From NCBI GenBank assembly GCA_964016885.1, contig OZ024747.1, positions 21,204,001 to 21,268,000 on the forward strand: DNA of 64,000 bases, written 5' to 3'. Both the position numbers and the translations under genes were made by a program. This document shows positions 54,698 to 64,000 of the stretch, piece by piece. The DNA is from Eledone cirrhosa (lineage: Eukaryota). The notes under the pieces are model-generated. The model worked only from the letters and a program-made list of their open reading frames with translations. It did no database searches and was not told the origin of the DNA. Every line of letters begins with the position of its first letter. Within the stretch, counting starts at the first letter, position 1.

Positions 54698-56000
54698 CGA
54701 GGGGGGGGATCAAAAAGTTTGCGGAATTTTATCGTAGCGAGAAAAAACTCTGGTTAAAACAATATTAAACATGTCAGAACATTGTCACTTGCTATTAGTC
54801 ACTTGCAGTCAGTTACGCGCGGACTATTGTACAGTACTGACACTCTTTAAAAAATCTCTTTTTGGAACAATGGAAAATAGTTATTTTGAGATAAGATCGA
54901 ATATCAAGTTTCTGATGAAACTCAAATGGAAAGGGACACAGATTATGGAGGCTTTAGTTAAAGTTTACGGTACTACTGCTCCAAAGAAAACTGCTGTCTA
55001 CAAGTGGATCCAGCGATTCAAACAAGGGAAAGACGACCTTGAAGACGACCATCGCAGTGGAAGACCAGGAACATCAAAAAATGACCAAAACGTTGAGGCT
55101 GCTCAGACTTTAATTGAAGAAGATCAAAGAATAACAGTTAATCAGTTAGCTAAGTCCCTAGACATTTCATATGGTTCGGCAAATTCAATTCTGCACAATA
55201 ATTTGGGACTAAGAAAGCTTTCAGCGTGATGGGTCCCAAAAGCGTTACGCCCTGATCAGCTGATTCTTTGAAATGATCTGTCTTTGGCGATATTAAACAA
55301 AATTGAAGTTGATGAAGAGCATTTCCTGACCAGAATCATCACCGGAGATGAAACCTGGATCTACCAGTATGATCCTGAATCCAAACAGCAGTCAAAACAG
55401 TGGCTTCCACGTGGATCATCGGGGCCAATCAAGTTCAAATCTCAAAAGTCGGATCAAAAAGTGATGGCCACCATTTTCTGGGATTCAGATGGGATGATAC
55501 TAATAGATTATCTTGAAGGTCAAAGAACTGTGACAGGAGCTTACTATGCAAATGTTTTAAGGAAGCTGAAAGAGGCATTAGTCAAGAAACGAAAAGGGAA
55601 ACTTCATGGTGGGATCTTGTTTCACCATGACAATGCACCAGCGCATTCTGCGCGGGTTGCAAAAGAAGTTCTTCGAGAATTTCGATGTGAAGTGCTTACT
55701 CACCCACCTTATAGTCCAGATTTAGCCCCATCAGACTTTTTCCTCTTTCCAAAACTCAAAGAAATGCTAAAAGGAAACCGTTTTAGTGGTGTTGAAGAAG
55801 CTAAAAACACTGCCAACACATGGCTTCGAACAAGGCCTTCAACTTTCTTTGGAGACGGCTTACGAAGCTTGAAGCATCGCCTTGTGAAGTGTATTGACCT
55901 GGATGGCAACTATGTAGAAAAATAAATTGAAGGTAAATCATATTTTTTGAAAAATAGATTATTTTCTGAAAAATTCTGTGAACTTTTTGATCCCCCCTCG
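54698..56000 (+). mobile_element. Full-length mariner transposon (1303 bp), irritans/Hsmar2-like
   Basis: TA TSD at 54696-54697 and 56001-56002; ~30-bp imperfect TIRs CGAGGGGGG(GG)ATCAAAAAGTT...AATTTT; transposase inside. Confidence 0.96.
54870..55925 (+). pseudogene. Mariner D,D34D transposase, 351 codons, two in-frame TGA stops
   Basis: Single frame with RSGRP, WVPKAL, ITGDETW, HDNAPAH and YSPDLAPSDFFLF; 34 residues between the second and third Asp; stops at 55227 and 55269. Confidence 0.95.
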
Positions 56001-56009
56001 TAGATGTTG

Positions 56010-56475
56010 CTATTGTTATTTAGCCCGAGGTCAGCTCTGATAGATCAGGCCTACAATCAAACATGTTCTGGACATGTTTATCACATCTTGGGGTATTCAG
56101 ATAACTAAGTATCTAGGATTATATTATTAAATGAGATCTTTTTATGACAGCAAGATGTAATTGGAAAATATTTGTCTGCTCATTCTAGCTTGTTTAATGG
56201 CCCTATAGAAGCTCCCTTGTTGACTAGTAAATGAAATAGAGTTGTTGTTTAGTCCAGATCAACTCTGATCAACCAGGCTTACGATGAACATGTTCCTTTG
56301 ATCATCCCATCTTTCATTCAAAAATTCACACACATGGTATCTAGAACTACATTATCAAATTTGTTCTGATGTTGTTTTTTGTTTTATTTTTAAGACAATA
56401 GGTTATAATTTCAGGTATATTTGTTTGTTGTTCCTAGCTAGTTGAATGACCATGTAGAAGCTCCCTTGTTGGATT
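56010..56475 (+). repeat. Two tandem copies of an old ~220-bp unclassified interspersed repeat
   Basis: TTTAGyCC...TCArCTCTGAT...CAGGC...TAGAAGCTCCCTTGTTG occurs twice; reverse-orientation relatives at ~17590-17790 and ~33715-34115. Confidence 0.55.
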
Positions 56476-57169
56476 GTAAATGAAGTAGATACAGTTATAT
56501 GGTTTTGCTTGCCTAAGGAGTTCAGTGTCAACTTGTTACATGATTTGAGTTTAATCAGATGAAATCGTTTTTGCTTTCACTGTCATCATGTGATTCAGTA
56601 CATTAGTATGTATTTAGTTACTTTAAACAAGTAATGTAAAAACCTGTTAGCAATTTATCTTGTTTAATTACTAAATCTGTCACTTCAGACTAGCAAATAT
56701 TATTATTAATTACATCACATAATGACATGTCTGATAGGTGGAACTCTTCACACAAAAGAGACAAAAGTAATTAAATGATCAACACTGAGGAAATGATTTC
56801 TGTTATTTTTACTCACATATTTTTCCTTTTTATTTCTTTTTAACTGATATTACAGAAAATTTTAAATTACTTTTACACCTCTAATTAAACTAATAATGGC
56901 CTAGTAAATAAAAAACCAAAATTTTAATCATCATCATTGTTATTATCACTATTATCACAAGTACCATCTCCATCAATAGTTATATTGATGTAGGTGGTTT
57001 GGGGGCCTTAGCTTTTAAGCAATCTGATGATGTCATTCTTAACTGTATGACAATAGCAATCATATGGAATAGAATCCAGTATTTGTATGTATTTCAAATT
57101 CACAATATATTTGACAATCATTTACTTTGTTGTACCACTATGTTGTTGATTATTATGTCTTATTGTCGA

Positions 57170-57392
57170 GGGCAGTGGATTGGCAGTATTGGTAGAAGGT
57201 CGGACGCCATGCTTTGCAGCATGAGTTACGGCCCTTTACGATCTGAGTTCAAATCTCGCCGAGGTTAACTTTGTCTTTCACCCTTACGGGGTTGATAAAA
57301 TAAAGTACCAGTCATGCACTGGGGCCAATTTAATTGACTTTCTCCTCCCCAAAAATTGCTGGCCTTGTGCCTATATAAGAAACCATTATTAT
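57170..57392 (+). mobile_element. SINE family B copy (longer variant)
   Basis: Colinear with 2049-2228 with an extra segment before the tail. Confidence 0.85.
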
Positions 57393-58060
57393 GTCTTAAT
57401 TTTCATCATCACCATCATCATTGTTTTTACATCTGTTTTTTTATACTGGGCTGAAGTATATTGTATGAGACATTTTGGAGCAATATACTATATCTGTCAC
57501 CAAACCATGCTTTATTTTTAATCAAGAACTAGAAGAAGCCAAACTGAACCAGCTTGTTTCATCACACTTAATAGTTGTGACACAATAACAAAGTTTCTAC
57601 TTGGTGTTTCATTATAGAGTTGTTCTTCTTAATACTTTCCCTTCCTCTACTTCCTCCTCCAAATAATCTAAAATCTGTATTATGTAACATCGAATTATGT
57701 GAAGTATAAGATCCTTGTAATAAATATACTACTAATCTTCACCCATTGAAATACATTGTTGATGTGGGGCATAAATGTGGGGATTAAGAATGGTGTGTTG
57801 GAAGTGGCAGGAGGAGTGACATTAGGTGAACAGAAGTGGACTAATTGTTTGGTTACAGTAGTAAGTGGACATATTTTGAGCAGTTCTTATGGAGCCCAGA
57901 TATTTCAGGCATAGTCATATTATAAACATTCTATGCAAATGTATTTAAGTTTTACATTGTTAAAATATATTAGGATCTCACATATGTAATAAAGTGAGTT
58001 GAAAAGCTCTGATCTACTGAAACTCTTAATTCAATATTTTATGACTCTTGAGTGTCTTAA

Positions 58061-58276
58061 TTCTTAACATCTTGCAATGAATTAGCAGAAAATGTCTAAA
58101 ATCATTTTTTTTTAATTCAAATGTTTATAGTACCTTTACTGCTTGACAGATTCGTGTGAAAATTTGTAAACTAAATCAAAGACTTTCATTTTTAATATGA
58201 TGTAGTCATAGTGATGTTTTGTATATTCAAAGGATATCTTGTTAATGCAGTTTTATGTGGTACAGGACATTGAGTG
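58061..58276. mobile_element. TTAA-flanked MITE family 1 copy
   Basis: TTAA-TTCTTAACATCTTG...CAGGACATTGAGTG-TTAA; body aligns with 15244-15471. Confidence 0.65.
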
Positions 58277-59196
58277 TTAAATGAAGTCCACTATATTGCA
58301 GGCAAGTGTGTCATGTCTCTAGTTTGAGGATACTTTTCTTTACTCCTCCTTGAAAAGTGTCATGGGCACTACACTTCTCTTCCTGACAAAACAGTAAAAA
58401 AAGAGCCATATGAATGTTCCTTCATTGGCTTATTCTAATTAATTTAGGTGGAGATGTGATAGAATCTTAAACTGTGATCTTTTCTTTTTCTTCTGGGTTA
58501 CTCCATCAACTAACATATATATATATATATATATGAAGCTTTATATATATATATATAGATATAGATTCAATGAAGCAGAGAGGAGAGCTGACATCTTCAA
58601 TGAAATAACTAAAGACTGTGCTCTGCTGTGCTATGCTGTATGTATATATGTTAGTATGACAAGTAGAATAGATGTGCCAGAGATAGTTGTTTGCTTCTGG
58701 GATTTACTTATGACATCTCACTCACAGAATCAGAAGCAGAACCACATCATGGAAAAAAAAAATCAAAAAGAAACAATAAAAGTTGTTTTTTTTTAAAGTA
58801 TATTTTCTTGTTCTTACCGCCTGATCGGTTCTGATAGATAGTTAGTTGGGAAGAGACCGACAACAACTACAATAACAATGAACTGATGGAAGATTCTAGA
58901 GATTTATTTGAATGAGGCTCAGGAATAAGGGTGGGGTGTTAGGCAGATACAGATAAGGGGTATAGATAGAAGCATTGAAGCCAAAAATAATTAGATTTTC
59001 TTATAAGCAAAGTCCTTGATATTCCCAAATAGAAATGAGAGAAAGAGAGACATAGGAAGAAAGGGAGTTCAGGTGTCCCCTGAAAATTAGGTTGATCGGT
59101 TGGAAGCATATAAGATGCAAGGTAATATAATCTCAAAATATGAAGGAGAAACAAAGAAAATACTTGTCAGAATCATAAAAATATAAGATTATATGA

Positions 59197-59233
<37 letters not shown>

Positions 59234-59377
59234 TGGGTGTGCATACATCTAGCAATCTATCTCTTTCTTTCTCTTCTCTCTCTCTCTATATATATATATG
59301 TGTGTGTGTATGTGTGTGTATGTTTGTACATGTGTGTGTATATGTGTGTGTGTATATATATATGAATATATATGATA

Positions 59378-59420
<43 letters not shown>

Positions 59421-59437
59421 ATATGTATATATGTATG

Positions 59438-59471
<34 letters not shown>

Positions 59472-59578
59472 AATATATATGTATATGTATGTATATATAT
59501 ATATATGTATATATATGTATATTTACATATATATATATGTATATGTATGTATATATATGTATATATATGTATATGTAC

Positions 59579-59613
<35 letters not shown>

Positions 59614-59615
59614 TG
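59197..59615. repeat. (TG)n/(TA)n compound microsatellite
   Basis: Direct reading. Confidence 0.95.
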
Positions 59616-60107
59616 ATGATGATCATGATATCCTTCCGTGAATGCTCAAATTCTGAAGGAGCTGTAGGAGGTGCCATTATAACATATGACCTATATTAAT
59701 TATCCAAGCCTGGAGGGGGCTCATCTCTGTCAAAATTTGACCAGAATTTCATTCTTCCAGGGAGACAAAAAAGAAAAAAAAGAGAAAAGAATCTACCTTA
59801 GTCCTGAACTAAAACTTTATTTATCGACACCAAGGGAAAGAATGACAAAGTAAACCTCTGTGGGTTTTTTAAAAGAGGGCACAGGTCAGAAACACCAATT
59901 AAGTACTGATGTAGTCTGAGACAACCTTAAATGATGATGATGATGATGATATATGTGTACCTGTGTGTGTGTGCATGTATATATGTGTGTGTGTATATAT
60001 ATATATATGTGTGTGTGTGAGTATGTGTGCTTATTTATATATATACGTAGTTACACATATATACATTTATATTTATCCAGATTTATACATCCATCCATAT
60101 ATAATTT

Positions 60108-60413
60108 CATCATCATCATCATTTCATTTTACGTCCGCTTTTTCCCTGCTTGCAAGGGTGGGACGGGAACTGATTCTGGCTTGATTTCTACAGCTGGATG
60201 CCCTTCCTAACACCAACCTCATTTACAGTGAGTGCTGGGTGCTTTTTTGCCGTGGCACCTCTACGACCACTTTGCAGTGGAAGGATAGGGACCCCAGTCC
60301 CTATCATCTCATTTCTACAGCTGAGTAAACTGGAGCAATGTGAAATAAAGTGTCTTGCTCAAGGAAACAACACATCACCCGGTCTGAGAATTGAACTCAC
60401 AACCTTTCGATTG
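60108..60413 (-). mobile_element. SINE family A copy lacking the first ~35 nt
   Basis: Reverse complement of ~49280-49587. Confidence 0.88.
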
Positions 60414-61124
60414 TTGCCATAGCCAGTAGTTGAAAGTGAAGCTACCATTAGCAATATTCAAGGAGCAATAACAAACAATGCTACTTTAATAATTTTTACC
60501 CAGAAATAACTCACATCAAAGTTATTATAACACAGGGAAACTACGAAGCGTCAAAGTGTAATTGTGTATTATGTTCGTGTGATTGGTTTTGCATAAAAAC
60601 TGTAGTAGTCTGAATTGATGTATTGGGACAAACCTTTGTTGGAATATAATGCAAGTATGGCTGTCTCAGCTCGATGGCTGAAAGGGCTGACCTAGCAGGT
60701 TGGAATGAGTCTCTCTTAGCAACTACTTTATTCTGGTCACTGAAACAGACTGAACCAAACTGACTGCAGGACAGTAGAGAGCAAACCATTTATAAAAATC
60801 ATGTTGATATTGAAAATATCATTTATTTTGTGAACAATACCTTAACATAAGAATGAGCAATTGGTTACGGTCGGTTTGAACAGAAAGAGGTGAGAGAAAT
60901 CTGGCCAGATACAGCTGGTTTAAATGCTAATGGGTTAAGTTATGACTTTGGTGTCATAAGATGTGAGATTGATGTCACATAATTGAAGATTGCCCAGACA
61001 TCAGCCTTGTGAATGAATAATTGTTGTCAATAAGTTTTAGTTTACTTTATTATGCCCCTATGTAATCATGCAACATGCTAGGAATAACAACCAAATATCC
61101 TCAATTCACATACTACAATCTTAA

Positions 61125-61313
61125 CCCTTTAACATTACTCTATATCTACTATTATATTTTTGTGATAATAATTCTCACATAATATGAGATTTTGATATTA
61201 TTTATTTTGAGAACCATACCTTAACATCAGTATGAGCAGCCAGTTACAGCCGGTTTGAACAGAAAGAGGTGAAAGAATTCTGGCCACATATGGCTGGTTT
61301 AAATGCTAAAGGG
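61125..61313. mobile_element. TTAA-type MITE family 3 (partial second copy at ~60790-60934)
   Basis: TTAA-CCCTTTAACATT...AATGCTAAAGGG-TCAA; shared body CGGTTTGAACAGAAAGAGGTGA...CTGGTTTAAATGCTAA. Confidence 0.6.
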
Positions 61314-61332
61314 TCAATATGACTATAAATTA

Positions 61333-61462
61333 TATTGTTTCTACTTTTCACACAAGGCCAGCAATTATCTCAGTGCATTACTGGTACTTTATTTTATTGA
61401 CCCCGTAAGGATGAAAGGCAAAGTTAACCTCAGCAGGATTTGAACTCAGAACGTAAAGGGTC
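61333..61462 (-). mobile_element. SINE family B partial copy
   Basis: Reverse complement of the 3' two-thirds of 2049-2228. Confidence 0.8.
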
Positions 61463-61883
61463 TTAGCAAACATTATAATAAAGTTTTCAATAAAATAAAA
61501 AAGAAGCAGGTTGTAGACTCCCTGCTGAAAAAATTCTAAGTAGCCATAAATGTATCAAGTAACCCAAATGAAAAAAATGAGTAGAGTGCATTCATGAAAG
61601 GTTTTCTAATTTTCTAATTGTAACCCATTCTTACAATACTGTCTCTCTTGTCAGTTCATATATGTTCAGGTTAGTCTAGGACAAACTGGTGCAAGGTTTC
61701 CTTCTGGTTCTGCAATAACAAGCAGATGATTACAGCAATGGGAGGCTTGGATATCTGGAAGTTTCCTGCTGGGCATGTCTCTCTCTCTCTCTCCTCAGTT
61801 TATACACACATACACACACATATGTATATGTATTATATTTTGTCTGCCTCTCTGTTTTGTTCCCCCACCCCCGTATAAATTTG

Positions 61884-61926
<43 letters not shown>

Positions 61927-62227
61927 TATGAATATGTGTGTAAAATGGCTTTGAGTTTGTCTGTATGTGCCCCCCCTGTCCCCCCCCCCCCCACATACAC
62001 CTCTAATTAATGTTGATGAGGAGTGAAGTTGGTAGGACTGATGGTTGTTTCTTTTTCCTTCCCTCCTTTACACACCATGGAGAGACTGTTATCAAATCTT
62101 AGCTTACAGGACATTATGTTTATATAACACACATAAAACATGTGCAAACCCTACCACACCTACTAACTTGCCCTGTACTGGTGTGTGTGTGTCTGTTTGT
62201 ATATACATTTGTATATATATACCCAAC

Positions 62228-62265
<38 letters not shown>

Positions 62266-62359
62266 GTATAGGGTTGGGTGTGGTGGATGAAGGGGCTGAT
62301 GGGGTGAGAGATTAGTGAAAATTATTTAAGAAAACAAAACACATGGCTTGGGCAGTTTT

Positions 62360-62600
62360 TGATGGTGGTAATGGTGGTAGTGGTGGTGTTAGTGGTGGTG
62401 GTGGTAATGGTGGTAGTGGTGGTGGTGGTGATGGTAGTGGTGCTGGTGGTGGTAATGGTGGTAGTGGTGGTGGTGGTAATGGTGGTAATGGTGGTAGTGT
62501 TGGTAGTGTTGGTGGTGGTGGTGGTGGTGGTGGTGGTGGTAATGGTGGTAGGGGTGGTGCTAGTGGTGGTATTAGTGCTGGTGGTGGTAGTGGTGGTGTT
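62360..62600. repeat. Degenerate (GGT)n trinucleotide tract
   Basis: Direct reading; source of the Gly/Pro/Val pseudo-ORFs. A similar tract lies at ~38930-39005. Confidence 0.92.
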
Positions 62601-63911
62601 GCTGAGAAAGGGGTGTGTAACAAAATTCTAGAAATGCTATTGGTGGCTTGGATAGGTGAATAGGTGGGTGGTGATTTCAGTGCAAGTGTCCCCAGTACCC
62701 TCACCACTACCACCATCACCACCAACGATGGATGGGTGTATTGTGTAGTGGTGTAGGTGGTAGGGTAAAGTGTGTGGAGTTGGAGTTAGGGTGGTGTGGA
62801 TGATGGATTGAATAGTTGAATAGCAATCTGTTCTGAGAAGGGCGGGTGTAGACAGAACAGGACAAGACAGGAGAAAAGGGTATACAAGGTTTGCCTGTGG
62901 GACCAGGTTGAGAGCTGGGGAGTAAAATGGTGGTAGATTTTTGAAGATTGAAGGATAGGCTGTTGAATGAGAAATACAGATGAATAATGTTTGTAATAGT
63001 CTTCATGAAAGATAATTGAGTAAAAATATAAGGGTTCCTGATATATTCTTCCCACCTCCTCCACACACATATACACTGCAACCCTCACTGGTGAGATTGG
63101 GTGGGGTAAGTTGTAATGGAGTTGTTTGGGTGTTATGTGAATTAGGGAGTCAAGGAGAGTGTGATTGATGGGTGAGTTACAATGGTGACCCATTTTTCCC
63201 TTACACAGTCACACACACATCTACCCCACCCTACTCTCAATAAACAAATATACATATAAAATGTATGTACATATACAAAAACAATCCCAATCCTTTGAAC
63301 CATAACTCTTTCTCTTATAACACTACAAACTATATCTTATTTCTTTTTCTAGTTGTAACCCCCCTCCCATCCCCACCTCAAATATTTCCATTCTTTCCCC
63401 ACTTCATCTGACCCTCCTTTGCAACCAACAACTTCTACTCAGAGTGAGATTCCACAGTGCCTCCACTCCATCTTTTAATCACTCAATCATTTCTTTTTCC
63501 ATGACTTAATCAGATGGAAAAGGGTAACATCCATGATCTTTTCTAGAGTCTCTGAAACTGATGAGATGAAGATAACCTCAGGCTAGAGACCTGGCCTAAG
63601 TGCTTGCAACAGAAAAAGATTCTGCTAAATGCACCCACCATACTAAGCAAACTGGAACCTGATTTATACCCTTATTATCAACAACTCTTGGTCTGTGTAT
63701 TAGCAGAGTCATAAGAGTGTTGAACAAATACTTAGCAGTATGTTCTGAGGTTATATCTTGCCATGGTCAACTTTGCTTTTCATCTTTCTAAAGTCAATAA
63801 AATAATGTACCAGTCAAGTACTAGAGTTGATATAATTTGCTGGCCTTGTGCCTAAATTAGAAATCATTTATCATTTCTCTGTATTTTGGCTAAGGTCAAA
63901 GTGTAGTATTA

Positions 63912-64000
63912 TTAGTACCGGTAGAGGGTTGGATGCCATGCTTTGTAGCATAGAGTTACGGCCCTTTACGGCCTGAGTTCAAATTCCGCTGAGGTTAACG
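63912..64000 (+). mobile_element. SINE family B 5' part (runs off window end)
   Basis: AGTACCGGTAGAGGGTTGGATGCCATG...GAGTTCAAATTCCGCTGAGGTTAAC; an older partial copy lies at ~63745-63870. Confidence 0.8.

Noticed and set aside
62312-62725. Pro-rich or Gly-rich ORF as a formin-like or structural protein exon
   Set aside because: Entirely a degenerate (GGT)n tract with no flanking coding evidence.
63556-63595. CTGATGAG hammerhead-like core
   Set aside because: No GAAA or stem I/III follows.

Overview
AT-rich, microsatellite-saturated eukaryotic non-coding DNA. The repeat landscape suggests an octopus or other cephalopod (inference). No host protein-coding exon could be supported; almost all listed ORFs are translations of (TA)n, (CA)n, (TACA)n or (GGT)n tracts. 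Conventional content: one full-length but stop-inactivated D,D34D mariner (54698-56000, Hsmar2/irritans-like), several 5'-truncated RTE-clade LINE fragments, two tRNA-derived SINE families, TTAA-flanked piggyBac-like MITEs and large simple-repeat arrays. The main hidden signal is about 17 loci carrying intact, truncated or decayed type I hammerhead ribozyme (HHR) motifs from several sequence-unrelated families, including U3-A8 core variants. Most lie in short non-coding elements inserted in (TA)n tracts. These are built as an inverted repeat (antisense HHR arm, spacer, sense HHR arm) plus a one-sided tail, usually with a shared ACTC...GAGTRY stem-loop. This matches Penelope-like-element (PLE) pLTR remnants or retrozyme-like non-autonomous elements. 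No PLE RT or GIY-YIG ORF is visible in the window. All coordinates were read by eye and may be off by a few bases.
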